This document shows positions 27,626-38,543 of a DNA stretch of 64,000 nt, piece by piece. A model generated the notes under the pieces. The model ran no database searches, had not been told where the DNA came from, and was given only the letters and a program-made list of their open reading frames with translations. Position 1 is the first letter of the stretch. Each line of letters opens with the position of its first letter. This stretch comes from an uncultured delta proteobacterium. Its GTDB lineage: Bacteria > Desulfobacterota > Binatia > HRBIN30 > BPIQ01. The stretch lies in contig CAVXGR010000012.1 in the NCBI GenBank assembly GCA_963761335.1, positions 352,001 through 416,000 on the forward strand, given 5' to 3'. Position numbers and translations under genes: made by a program.

Positions 27626-30600
27626 ATGACGAGGGTTTTTTCGCCGACATTACGCCGCGCCTGGCTGCTTCCCGCCCTCGCCCTCCTCCTCTGCGCCGCC
27701 CCTTCCACGGCCCAGCAGGTGCCGACCATGGACTTCCGCGGCATCGAGCGGCTGAACGGCTTCGAGTCCGGAGATGTCGCCGATTACACGGTCGTCGATC
27801 CGAGCTTCTCCGTCGCCATCGCCGGCGCCCCGCGCAGCGGCGACTTCAGCCTGTTCACCACTGCCACCAGCGGCGTCCCCGCCTACGTCGCCGCCACCAT
27901 CTCCCCGTCCTCGACCTTCAGCGACGGGGTCTGGGTCTGCGAGCTGGCGGCTCCGACGGGTCAACGCCGCATCCGCACCTGGGCAAGCGGCTCCACACCT
28001 GTGGTGCGACTGCTGCTGAACCTCGACGGAACCGTGCAGCTGCGCGTCGGCGGCGCCATCGGCACCTCGGTATCGTCCCTGGTCACCTGTGGCTCCGGCT
28101 TCACTCACCTGGAGGTGGTCTACCAGGCCAGCTCGGACGCGCTCACCATCGATGGAACTGCGGCTCTGCGGCTCGACGGGGTCACCGAGATCAGCCTGGC
28201 CCATTCCTCCGCCGCAGAGATCGACACCACCCACATCGGTGCGGACGACACCACGACCGGCGCGGCGTTTCTGAACTGGGACGATCACACCTTCGGCCCC
28301 GGCCCCGGCTTTCACGGCGACCTCCACATCGTCGCCTTGGCGGCGACTGCGGACGGCCAGTACCTGGACTGGTCGCCGGCGGGCCAGTGCGGTCCGGCGC
28401 GGGTCTCCTGCGTCAGCGACATCCCGCCGGACGGCAGCACCACGGAGCTGCGCACGTCGTCTTCCCTCGCGGAAGCTTCCTTCTGCCACGCCAGCAACAG
28501 CTCCCAGGGAATCTACGGCAGCATCCTCGCCCTCAAGACGCTGGTGCAGGCGCGCAGCACTGCGCCGCCAACGACCGTGAGCGCTGGGCTGATCCTCAAC
28601 GACAGCGCCTGCGGCGGCACCAAGGGCGTCCCCGCTCTGCAAAGCTTCGCCCTGACCGACAGCTACATGGGGTTCGCCCGCGTCGACGAGAGCAACCCCG
28701 CGGTGGGCGTGCAGTGGAACTCCGGGGCAGACCCGATCGAGATTGACCACACCGGTATCGCCGTGCAGTACGTCGGGCCCTCCGGCACGGCGGCGCTCAC
28801 CCAGGTCCTGCAGGAAGTCGCCTTCGATACCGACGGCTTTCCGAGCCCGACCCCGAGCTTCACCCGCACCCCGACGCCGACGGCCACCCCGACCAAGACG
28901 ATGACGCCGACGATGACCCCCACCTCGACGTTCACACCGACGACCACGGCCACGGCGACCCCGACGATGACGCCGACTTCGACGCGCACGCCGACCGACA
29001 CACCGACCGTGACACCCACGGCGACGCCGACGGTCACACCGACGGCGACATTGACCTTCACGCCGTCGCCGACCTCCTCGCCGACGCAGACGGCCACGCC
29101 GACCTCGACCTCCACGCCGACGGCGACACCGACGCGCACGGCGACTCCGACCGAGACGCCGACGCGCACGCCCACGCCGCTGCCGACGGCCACCGACACG
29201 CCGACCTCGACCCCCAGCCGCACACCGACGCCCACCGAGACGCCGACGCGCACGCCCACCGCGACGCCGACCGACACGCCGACGATCACTCCGACACCCA
29301 CCGAAACGCCGACGCGCATTCCGGTGGCGCCGCGCAACTTCGACCGCATGAACGGCTTCGAGAGCGGCTGGCCGGGAGACTACACCATCGGCAGCTTCCT
29401 CGACGGCGGCGGCGCCACTGAGGCCATCGCCCGCAGTGGCCGCTTCGGCCTAGAGACGCAGTCCATGACCGGCGGCGCCTCCTACATCAGCGCCGATCTG
29501 AGCCAGCCCTCATCCACCTTCAGTGATGGCATCTGGGCCTGCCACAAATCCACCAGCCTCGCCTCGGCGCGCCGCATTCGCAACTGGGTGAGCGGCGCGA
29601 CAACTGTGGTCGAGCTCATCCTCAAGCCGGATTTCACTGTTACCCTCCAGGTCGGCAGCGCCAAGATCGACAGCAACATCCCCATGGCCACCTGCGATGA
29701 TCCGCTGAACCCGTTCACGCACTACGAGGTGCAGTACCGACAATTCGGAGTCGGTGGGACCTTCTTCTTGCGCGTCGACGGCGTCGCCTCGCAGCCGACC
29801 TTTCACACCAGCGTGCAGACAATCAGCAGCACGCGCATTGGCCCCGACCAGTCGGGCGGCGCGCCGCTCGACATGATCTGGGACGACCACACCATCTCGC
29901 GCTCGACGACGCTTCCAGGTGAGCTCCACATCGTCGGCCTGGCGCCCAACAAGGACGGCAGCTTCACCGGCTGGGGCACGGGAAACAGCTGCGGTGCACT
30001 GACGGCGTTCGACTGCATCGATCAGATACCGCCGGTCGAGAATATCTTTCTGTTCACCACGACGCCGGCAGCGCGGGCTTCCTTCTGCCACCAGAACACC
30101 GCGATTGCCGGAGTCTTCGGAAAGATTCTGGCGCTGAAGACCGAAATAGATGCGCATAAGGACAGCCAAGACCAGCGCAGCTCGGTCAACTTGTTCGTGG
30201 CGCCCGACTCCGTGCGCTGCGGCGGCTCCAAGACCACACCGACCCCGTACGACGCGCAATGGTCCAGCCCCACCCCGACAGTGCTTCTCGGCCCGGACCC
30301 CGCCGGCTTTGCGCGCATCGACGAGATCAATCCCGAGGTGGGCCTGCCCTGGACCGGCGGCGAGATCGACCGCACCGAGGTCGGCGTCCGGCACATCAGC
30401 GGCGACCTCGCGCGACTCTCGCAGGTGATCGCCGAGGTCGCCTTCGACCCGAGCGGCTTCTCGAGCCCGACGCCAACGTTCACGATCAGCACCACACCGA
30501 CGCGCACCAGCACCCCGACCGTCACGCCCACGGTCCCCACCGCCACCCGCACCAGCACCGCAACGTTCACGCCGACGAGCACCGCCACACCCACCTTCAC

Positions 30601-32195
30601 ACCCTCGCGCACCGCGACGCCAACGCAGACACTGACGCCGACGCCGAGCTCCACGGCGATCCGCGACGGAGACGTCGACAGCGACGCCGGTGCCCACGGG
30701 CACGGCGACCGCTACAGCGACCGGCGTGCCGACGGCGAGCCCGACAACCAGCGCCACGGCCACCGACACGCCCACCGCCACGGCGACTTCTTCGCAGACG
30801 GCGACACTCACGCCCTCGGCAACCGCCACGCGCACCCAGACCGTCGCCGACACGGCCACCCCCGCCAATACCGCCAGCGCCAGCCCCAGGCCGTCGGACT
30901 CGCCGACGCCGACGCCGACAGCAACCTCGACAGCGACCGAAACCAAGACGGCGACCTCGTCGCCGTCGGTCACCCCGACGACCAACCCGTCCATCACCGC
31001 TCCGCCGACCGCCACGAGCACGGTGACGCCAACCGCGAGCCCGATGCCGAGCGTCTCCCCTTCCGCCACCGAGAGCCCGTTGCCGACCGGGACCGTGGAG
31101 CGCACCGCGACGCCCTCGACGAGCGCCACGGTGACGGCGTCGGGAACACCGGCGCTCACCCACACCCCGGGACCGACGCCGCCACCTGACCTGTTCGACT
31201 ACATGATCCCCAACGGTCCGGGGACACAGCCATGCGTCTTCGCCGTGGCGAGCTCGTTGACCAACGGCATCGCCACCATCGCCGAAGGCACATCCCTGAG
31301 CAACTTCCTCACGCAGCCACCGTTCAACAACGCCGTCACCCTGCGGCACGACTACCGCGCTGTCTTCATCTCCCCCGGTCTCACCTCGTCGGACTACGAC
31401 ATCCTCGCCGCTCTGGTGCAGCCGGGTGGGATCCTCGACGAGTTCGTGCAGATCGGTGGCGCCCTGGTGGTCGACCCCGTCGGCATCCCCTCGAACAACC
31501 CGACTCTGATCGCCCCGGGCGGCGTCATGTACGACGCCAGCGCCGCCAGCGATTTCGAGTTCATCCCGGTCCAATCGCGGCCCTACTTCACCGGCTTCGG
31601 CTTCGCCGGGCACTTTCTCACCAGCAGCGACTTTTCCGCCTGGGGGCCGACCAATGACGGCATCCTGAGCGGCTATCCGAGCGGCTCGACCGTCCTGCTT
31701 CAGGACACCAGCAGCCAGGCGACCCTCGTCGAGTACCCCTGGGGCACTGGCAAGGTCCTCGCCACCTCTCTCAACTTCTGCGCCCAGGGGGAAACGGGCC
31801 CGGATCGCCCGGCTCTGGAGAACCTGCTGCGCTACGGCGTCTTCTTCATGGGCTCGGCGCAGACGCCGGCGGCGACATTCACCTCCACGCCGACGCCGAC
31901 GTTCACGCCGACTCCGCCGACGGCGACGCCGACCACCCCCCGGCCGACGGCGACCATCACGCAGACACCGACGGCGAGTGCGACGCCCAGCGCCACCTCA
32001 TCCATCCTGCCGGGAGACGTCGACGGCAACGGCTGCCTCGACGGCCGCGATCTGCAGCTGCTGGTTAGCTTTCTCTTCAACCCGGACGGGGCCCCGCCGG
32101 AAGCGGACGCCAACGGCGACGGCGGGCTGAGCGCCGCCGACCTCGCGGCTCTTCAGCAGCAGCTCGCCGCCGGACCGCGCTGCGAAGGCGGCTGA
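27626..32195 (+). CDS. Large secreted multidomain protein (two homologous beta-rich domains, Thr/Pro linkers, third domain, C-terminal dockerin-like module), split by a frameshift near 30659
   Basis: Signal peptide; duplicated domain ([14 protein letters not shown] / [14 protein letters not shown]); the T/P linker continues in the +1 frame after 30659; [14 protein letters not shown]...[13 protein letters not shown]. Confidence 0.75.
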
Positions 32196-32199
32196 CCGC

Positions 32200-32643
32200 T
32201 CAGGGCGCCTCGGATGGCGCCAGGACCTTGCGCTCCTCGGGGGGACCGGCGGTGGCGACGTAGGCGAGCATGTCCGCCTCCAGGACGCGCAGCTCGCGCA
32301 GCACCCGGTCGCGCATGCCCTTCATCTCCGGGGTATCTCGGGTGATGGTGTAGCGCTTCGAGGCGAGCGTCTTCACCTTCTTTTCCTGGTCCTTGTCGTC
32401 CTTGGAGGCGGGCTCCATGTGGAAGTCCATGGCCTCGAACAGCACGCGCGTCTCGCCCTCGGGAGAGTTCTGTACGCTGATCGTGGTGATGATCCGCTGC
32501 TTGTCGTAGGGGTTGGCGGTCGGCCGTGGCGTCGGCACCACCTCGCCGAGATTGAGGATCACGGGCGGCGGCGGCGCGCTCGCGGCCATCACCGCCGCGG
32601 CGCCGAGCGCCAGACCAATTGCCAATCCCACAGTGCCGCGCAT
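32200..32643 (-). CDS. Hypothetical exported protein
   Basis: GAGGAG RBS, signal peptide, Pro-rich N-terminus. Confidence 0.65.
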   Translation of the reverse strand: MRGTVGLAIGLALGAAAVMAASAPPPPVILNLGEVVPTPRPTANPYDKQRIITTISVQNSPEGETRVLFEAMDFHMEPASKDDKDQEKKVKTLASKRYTITRDTPEMKGMRDRVLRELRVLEADMLAYVATAGPPEERKVLAPSEAP

Positions 32644-32719
32644 GTTGTCTCCTCTCGATCCCGGGCACATTAACTGCCGCTGGGGGGATTTGCAAAATTC
32701 TCCCGGCGGCACCTCGCGA

Positions 32720-34204
32720 TCACTGGCTCTGGCAAGGGGCGCGGACAATGATCTGGGCGCGGTTGCCGATGTTGCCGGCGAAGTCGCGCACCTGCACCGT
32801 CAGCAGAGTATCGCCGCTGGGAAAGGCGAGCTCGACACCGACGCCCGGCGCCGAGCAGTACTGAAAGGTCGACAGCGGCGACACGTAGCCGTTGCTGCCC
32901 AGGGCGTTCAGCGTGCAGGCCTCGTCGCTGGTGTTGTGGGTCGCGAACCGGCAGCCGAAGTCGTTGATGGCGTCGCTGATCGCCTGGACGAAATCGTAGC
33001 TGGGCGGATCGATTCCCGGCACACCGCCGACCGGATTCGGCGATGGACCCCGATCACAGACGGCGGCGGTCGGGTTCGCACCCAGGTCGCGTTTGGACTC
33101 GAGCTGTAGATCTGGCCGGGCCTGGGGATTGCCCGGATCGGAGTTGAAGACCGTGCCGCCCGGGGGGCCGCCGCTCATGCCCGCTCGCGCCTCGACGACG
33201 ATGAGGAAGCCGGAGCCAACCGTCCGGCAGAAGATCGGAATGCCGTCGGCACTCACGTCGATCGGATCTTCGGGGATTCCGCCCGCCGTCGCCGTGCCGA
33301 AGTGTGTGACCAGCGGCCCGAAGGGAAGTGCGATGGTCGGGGTTCGCGTCCGCGTGGGCGTCCGCGTCGGGCTGGTGGTGATCGTCGGCGTCGCGGTCGG
33401 CGTGAAGGTCGGACGGCGCGTCGCTGTGCCGGTGCGCGTCGCCGTGGCGCTCGGGGGAGTCAGCGGCGTACGCGTCATCGTCGGCGTGCGCGACACCGTG
33501 GGTGTGGAGGACGGCTTCGGCGTCGCGGTGCTCGTGCGCGTCGGTGTCCCCGTCCGCGTCCGTGTCGGAGTGCGGCTCGGCGTCTCCGTGCGCGTGGGTG
33601 TCGGGGTGAATGTCGAAATTCGCGTCCGCGTCGGTGTTGGTACCGTCGGTGTCGGTCCGGTCGGCGACGAAGTCGGCGAGCTGGTCGGAGGCATGGACGC
33701 CGTCGGCGACGGGGTGACTGCAGTCGCTGTGAGGCTGGCGGGCGGGGTGACAGCCGAGGTCGGGCTCGCAGTCGAGGTTGGCGAAGGACGAGGTGTGCCG
33801 GTCGACACCGCGGTCACTGCAGTCACCGATGGCAGCGACGTCATGGTTGCCGGCGGTGTTCCCGGAGTCTCCGAAGTCGGGCTCGGCTCGGCGGTCGGCG
33901 TCGCCGTCGGTGGCGGCGCGGCCAGGCGCTGCAGCAGGGCAACCAGATCGGCGGCGCTGTTGCGGCCGTCGCCGTTGGCATCGACGCCGTCGCACTCGGC
34001 GGCGACGAACAGCGCCGACACCAGCGCCTCGACGTCCGCGGCCGCCACCACACCGTCGCAGTTGGCGTCGCCGGGGGCGAAGGTCTGGCCGTCTGCCCCC
34101 CGCGCCAGCAGCAGGAAGATCACTAGGCCGCCGCAGGCGGCGGCCACAGAGAGCTGAATGCGCACACAGCGGCACTCCGCCTGCGCAGCGGAGCGCCGCG
34201 TCAC
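32720..34204 (-). CDS. Secreted protein: N-terminal dockerin-like module, long Thr/Pro linker, Cys-containing C-terminal domain
   Basis: GDANCDGVVAAADV...DANGDGRNSAADL; TPT repeats; start uncertain. Confidence 0.75.
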   Translation of the reverse strand: MTRRSAAQAECRCVRIQLSVAAACGGLVIFLLLARGADGQTFAPGDANCDGVVAAADVEALVSALFVAAECDGVDANGDGRNSAADLVALLQRLAAPPPTATPTAEPSPTSETPGTPPATMTSLPSVTAVTAVSTGTPRPSPTSTASPTSAVTPPASLTATAVTPSPTASMPPTSSPTSSPTGPTPTVPTPTRTRISTFTPTPTRTETPSRTPTRTRTGTPTRTSTATPKPSSTPTVSRTPTMTRTPLTPPSATATRTGTATRRPTFTPTATPTITTSPTRTPTRTRTPTIALPFGPLVTHFGTATAGGIPEDPIDVSADGIPIFCRTVGSGFLIVVEARAGMSGGPPGGTVFNSDPGNPQARPDLQLESKRDLGANPTAAVCDRGPSPNPVGGVPGIDPPSYDFVQAISDAINDFGCRFATHNTSDEACTLNALGSNGYVSPLSTFQYCSAPGVGVELAFPSGDTLLTVQVRDFAGNIGNRAQIIVRAPCQSQ

Positions 34205-34218
34205 CTTTTCCCGGCCCG

Positions 34219-35517
34219 TTACTGTGGAGTGCTATCGAAGAACTGGAACCCCGTGATGGCGTCGTTCACGAAGGGAAGATGGAACTGCGGAGCCACGAAC
34301 GCCAGGCCCCCGGGGCCGTCCTCCTGGGCAAAATCGCGACAGGAGAAGTCCTCGCCGTCGATGGCGTATTCGAGGGGATTCGCACTCAGGTTGTTGTTCG
34401 GATGCAGGATCCGGCCCGCAGCGTGCCCGGTGGTCAGCGCGATCGGCGTGCTGATGCCGCCGGTTCCTCCCTCGTCGCCGCACGGCAGCGCGGTCTCCTG
34501 CGTGATCTCGACTCCCAAGCCGATGAGCGGCTCGGAAACGCCCGGGACCTGGCCGATGGGGGCGATGAACATGGCGCCGGGGTGGTTGTCCGGATGCCCG
34601 CCGATAGAGATCTCGAAGGGTCCGTTGCAGACGTTGGGGTGGGGTTCCGACGGCACCTCGACGTGCCCCCCGGCGTTCTCGCAGTCCTGTGACGTGAAGC
34701 CGTTCTCACCGACCACGCCGATGTTGTGGTCTTGGGTGAGCTCGGAGCTGTAGTCCACCTGGGGGTCGCAGATCAGCGCCAGCGAGTCTCGGTCGACGAC
34801 GCCGTTGCCGACGGTGGTGAAGCGCAGCAGCGCGGCGCCGGGAGTGGCGCACGAGATCAGGCCGGCGTTGATCGCCGGCAGGACAGGCTTGATACACAGC
34901 GCCGTCCCCGCCAGTCCGATATAGGCCGAGATGTAATCCGAGGCGCCGACCACGTCGACCACCGCGAGACCGGTGACCGGATCGGGAGCGCCGGCGCGCA
35001 GATCGAGGTAGCCGGTGAAGGACGCCACCGGGCCGAACAGCGGGCCGATGGAGAAGGAGCTGGCAGCCGGATCGATGCTGAAGTGCCGGGTCCCCAGCTC
35101 TTTGGCGTGGGCGCGCACCGGAACGACGATCTGCTGAGGGGTGGTGCAGGCGTTCTGGGAGGTGGGCAGAAAGACATCGAGCGCCGCCTGCAAGCCCGAC
35201 GGGTCGGCACCGCGGGTGCGGACGCGGACGGACTCCACGCCGCTGGCGAGGCAGGCGGGCAGGGTTGGGTCGGCGTTGTTCAGGCAGGCCGTCACCTCGA
35301 AGGTGCACTTCTGGTCCACCATCCCATCGGCGTCGCAGTTGGGGTCGCCGTCAGAGCAGCGCACGATACGCCCGCCGGGACGTGTCGGAGTGACGCCGGC
35401 GAACTCCAGGAGGCAGTCGCTCTTCGGAGAGCCGCCGCCTGGGATGGTGGTCTGCGCCTGCGCGCCTCCCCAAAATAGAAATACGCCACCCAGGGCAATT
35501 ACCATCAGTCGCCGCAC
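34219..35517 (-). CDS. Secreted Cys-rich hypothetical protein
   Basis: Signal peptide ending AQA; CSDGDPNCDADG..CTF..ACLN and many further Cys; GAGGAG RBS before GTG. Confidence 0.7.
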   Translation of the reverse strand: MRRLMVIALGGVFLFWGGAQAQTTIPGGGSPKSDCLLEFAGVTPTRPGGRIVRCSDGDPNCDADGMVDQKCTFEVTACLNNADPTLPACLASGVESVRVRTRGADPSGLQAALDVFLPTSQNACTTPQQIVVPVRAHAKELGTRHFSIDPAASSFSIGPLFGPVASFTGYLDLRAGAPDPVTGLAVVDVVGASDYISAYIGLAGTALCIKPVLPAINAGLISCATPGAALLRFTTVGNGVVDRDSLALICDPQVDYSSELTQDHNIGVVGENGFTSQDCENAGGHVEVPSEPHPNVCNGPFEISIGGHPDNHPGAMFIAPIGQVPGVSEPLIGLGVEITQETALPCGDEGGTGGISTPIALTTGHAAGRILHPNNNLSANPLEYAIDGEDFSCRDFAQEDGPGGLAFVAPQFHLPFVNDAITGFQFFDSTPQ

Positions 35518-35675
35518 CGTGACTGTCCTCCTCTCTCGCCTTCCTCGAACGTGGAGGCGCACTCTAGAAACTTTCGGCAGAGGAATCAACGTCGCGCCGC
35601 GGACTGACCTCGCCGGCCGGGGCGGGAGCATGGCTCCCGCACTCCGGCGGCGTGCCAGCCGTCCCCCCGGCTGAC

Positions 35676-36404
35676 CTACTCGGAGATGATGCGCAGCTCG
35701 ACCCGACGGTTCTGGGCCCTGCCGGTCTCCGTGCTGTTGTCGGCAACTGGCTGCGACTCGCCGTAGCCCTTCACCTCCATCCGGCCCGGGGAGATGCCGG
35801 CGGCCACCAGGTATCGGTACACGGCATTGGCGCGGCGCTGCGACAGGGCCTGATTGTAGGAATCGGTACCGACGCTGTCGGTATGCCCGTCGACGGAGAC
35901 GCGAATGGACGGGTTCTCGCGCAGGGTTTCGGCCGCCTCGTCCAGCACCGGACGCGACTCGGGGCGAATGTCGCTCTTGTCGAAGTCGAAGTTGACGCCG
36001 CGCAGGACGATCCGCTTCTTCACCGCCGGCGCCGGGGTAGGCGTCGGAGTGGGTGGTGGCGGCGGCGGCGGCAAGGTCGGTGTCGGCTTCTCGGCGTCAA
36101 AGAGCGCGTGTCCGGCCAGACCGCAGAGAACCAGGCCGATGGCGCCGCCAATGGCCGCTCCCTTCCACTGCTCCTTGTTGTCACAGGCCACCGTGGCATT
36201 GCCGTCGACGGTGATTGCCGAGCAGCCGAAGCGGTTGTTCTGGATGACCCAGCCGGTGCCCGCGCCGATGCCGCCGCAGATCAGAGCCGGGACGGCGGTT
36301 CCCCAACCCCACGGCTTGTGCACGAAGCGCCGCGTGTAACCGCAGCCTTGGAGGCCAAAGGTAATCAAGAGAACGGCTATCGTCAGTCTTCGCGGTCCCG
36401 CCAT
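35676..36404 (-). CDS. OmpA-family peptidoglycan-binding lipoprotein
   Basis: LQGC lipobox, glycine-zipper-like segment, Pro/Thr linker, VNFDFDKS, GHTDSVG..YNQALSQRRA, GRAQNRRVE. Confidence 0.9.
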   Translation of the reverse strand: MAGPRRLTIAVLLITFGLQGCGYTRRFVHKPWGWGTAVPALICGGIGAGTGWVIQNNRFGCSAITVDGNATVACDNKEQWKGAAIGGAIGLVLCGLAGHALFDAEKPTPTLPPPPPPPTPTPTPAPAVKKRIVLRGVNFDFDKSDIRPESRPVLDEAAETLRENPSIRVSVDGHTDSVGTDSYNQALSQRRANAVYRYLVAAGISPGRMEVKGYGESQPVADNSTETGRAQNRRVELRIISE

Positions 36405-36632
36405 ATCGCCTCTCAGTGCTCGCGGCCAGGCCACATCCATTCGCGGCCTGCCCCCCGCCAATCAAAATCGCGTACTACTACGCAGGTCTCGCTGCCCACG
36501 TCAAGGACACAATGCAGCACACAAACTCGCGAATTGCACGGGAAAACCTACCGCAGCCCGAGGACTCCCTTTACGTTTGCCCGCCGGCGTTCTAACCTCC
36601 GCGCTCGTGAGCTCCGCGAGGGGAGGAGGACG

Positions 36633-37811
36633 ATGAAGGACAGCTGCTTGTGGCTGGCGCTGCTGGTGGTCGTGGCAACCGCGGGGACGGCCGGCGCCGA
36701 GCCCTACATGGCGATCCGCGAGGGCTTCCAGTGCAGTGGCTGCCACGTCAACATCACCGGTGGCGGCAAGCGCTCCGATATCGTCAGCACTCACCCCCAG
36801 GAGATCCTCCACTACCCGGATTACCTGAGCACCTTCTCCTCACCGGCCGACGCCTTCAGCGGCGACGTCAACAAGTACGTCGGCGTGGGAGCGGATCTGC
36901 GCGTGAGCGAGCAGGCGATCTTCCAGGATGCCCCCGACGCCAATGGCGAGGTGAACAACAACACCGCCTTTCGCGGCCGACTGGAGGAGAACGACCTCGC
37001 CGCCACCGAGGCGGTCGGCTACCTCGAGGTGCGCCTCATTCCCGATCTCCTCACCTTCTATGTCGACCAGCGCGTCTCCCCCAACACCAACAACCGCGAG
37101 GCCTTCGGTCTGATCCGCGGGCTGCCCTGGAACGGCTTCCTCAAGGCCGGCCGTATGTTCCTGCCCTACGGCTTGCAGCTCCAGGACGATCACGCCTTCA
37201 TTCGCGGCGGCAACAACGGCTCGGCGACCACGGGCTTCAGCTTCGAGCAGCAGCAGGCCGCCTTCGAAATGGGGATTCAGCCCGGTCCCTACAGCCTCAT
37301 CGTCGCCCTCTCGGACGGAGCTCCCGGCGATCGCGATGTTCAGGTGACCGGCACCGCCAGCGCCATGCTCACCGACCTGCCGGTGGTTCGCAACGCGCTG
37401 GTCGGCAGCTCCTTCTCGCGCGTCGGCCCCTCCGGGTCGGAGACCCTGCTCTTCGGGTTCTTCGGCGGCACCAACCTCGAGCGCCTGACCCTGCTCGGCG
37501 AGGTCGACTTCCGCAGCGACCGCTCGGCGACCACCGGAGGACAGACGGCGGGAACCTTCATCTCCTATGCCGAGGCCGACTACCTGCTGCTCGGCTGGCT
37601 GAACATCAAGGCGGCCTTCGACTACGCCGACGACGACGGCAACCAGTCGACCCGCGTCGACGACGCCGAGAACCGCGTCACCCTCGGCGTGGAGCCTTTC
37701 CTCAACCGCTTCCTCCAGCCGCGCCTCTTCTACCGGGTGAGCAACGGCGTCCGCGACCAGCCGACCCACAACCAGGACCTTCTCATGGCCGAGCTGCACT
37801 TCTTCTTCTGA
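36633..37811 (+). CDS. Outer-membrane beta-barrel with an N-terminal single heme-c motif (cytochrome-porin fusion)
   Basis: GGAGGA RBS; signal peptide; EPYMAIREGFQCSGCH; amphipathic beta-strand pattern; C-terminal ELHFFF. Confidence 0.7.
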   Translation: MKDSCLWLALLVVVATAGTAGAEPYMAIREGFQCSGCHVNITGGGKRSDIVSTHPQEILHYPDYLSTFSSPADAFSGDVNKYVGVGADLRVSEQAIFQDAPDANGEVNNNTAFRGRLEENDLAATEAVGYLEVRLIPDLLTFYVDQRVSPNTNNREAFGLIRGLPWNGFLKAGRMFLPYGLQLQDDHAFIRGGNNGSATTGFSFEQQQAAFEMGIQPGPYSLIVALSDGAPGDRDVQVTGTASAMLTDLPVVRNALVGSSFSRVGPSGSETLLFGFFGGTNLERLTLLGEVDFRSDRSATTGGQTAGTFISYAEADYLLLGWLNIKAAFDYADDDGNQSTRVDDAENRVTLGVEPFLNRFLQPRLFYRVSNGVRDQPTHNQDLLMAELHFFF

Positions 37812-38490
37812 GCGTGCGCACCGTCGGCCGAGGGGGGCAGCGGCCTGCCTGCTCCCGCTTCGCCGCCGCCGCCGATGCCGCCCAGGAGCAGATCGGGCAG
37901 GCGCGAAGGTCGTGGCCGCGGGCCGGGCAGTACTGGCGCCCGAAATAGATCATCTGCAGGTGCACCCGGCCCCACGACGGCGGCGGAAAGAGGCGCTTCA
38001 GATCGCGCTCGGTGCGCGCCACACTGGTGCCGTTGGAGAGACCCCAGCGCGCCGCCAGCCGGTGGATGTGGGTATCGACCGGGAAAGCGTCGTGGCCGAA
38101 AGCCTGGACCATGACCACGCTGGCGGTCTTGTGTCCGACCCCGGGCAGCGACTCGAGCTCCTCGAAGCTCTGCGGCACGCGGCCGCCGTGCTTCTCGAGC
38201 AGGATGCGGGACAGCTCGAGGATGGCCTTGGACTTGGCTGGGGCGAGGCCACACGGACGGACGATGGCGGCGATTTCGGCCAACCGCAGGCGCACCATAT
38301 CGGCGGGGGTCGAGGCGCGTGCGAACAGACGCGGGGTAATCTGATTCACTCGCTGATCCGTGCACTGAGCCGACAGCAGCACCGCGATCAGCAGGGTGTA
38401 GGCATCGCGGTGGTGCAGCGGGATCGCCGTCTCCGGGTAGAGCTCGTCAAGAATCGTCTGGACGCGCTGCGCCTTCTCGGCTCTAGTCAT
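37783..38490 (-). CDS. nth: Endonuclease III
   Basis: LLSAQCTD, HhH motif LPGVGHKTA, FPVDTHIHR, C-terminal Cys cluster. Confidence 0.92.
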   Translation of the reverse strand: MTRAEKAQRVQTILDELYPETAIPLHHRDAYTLLIAVLLSAQCTDQRVNQITPRLFARASTPADMVRLRLAEIAAIVRPCGLAPAKSKAILELSRILLEKHGGRVPQSFEELESLPGVGHKTASVVMVQAFGHDAFPVDTHIHRLAARWGLSNGTSVARTERDLKRLFPPPSWGRVHLQMIYFGRQYCPARGHDLRACPICSWAASAAAAKREQAGRCPPRPTVRTLRRRSAARP

Positions 38491-38543
38491 ACGCGGATAC
38501 GATCGAATCACAGATGCGCGCGGATGGACATACACGGTCCGCT

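Noticed and set aside
26305..28746. 813-aa plus-strand ORF
   Set aside because: Antisense to hisS, then out of frame with the secreted protein; Arg-rich nonsense composition
28663..34157. Val/Gly-repeat ORFs on the strands opposite the Thr/Pro linkers
   Set aside because: Reverse-complement reading of ACN-CCN codons, not real proteins
35652..36632. N-terminal extension of the 719-aa ORF
   Set aside because: Antisense to ompA; the real start is ATG 36633 with a GGAGGA RBS and signal peptide
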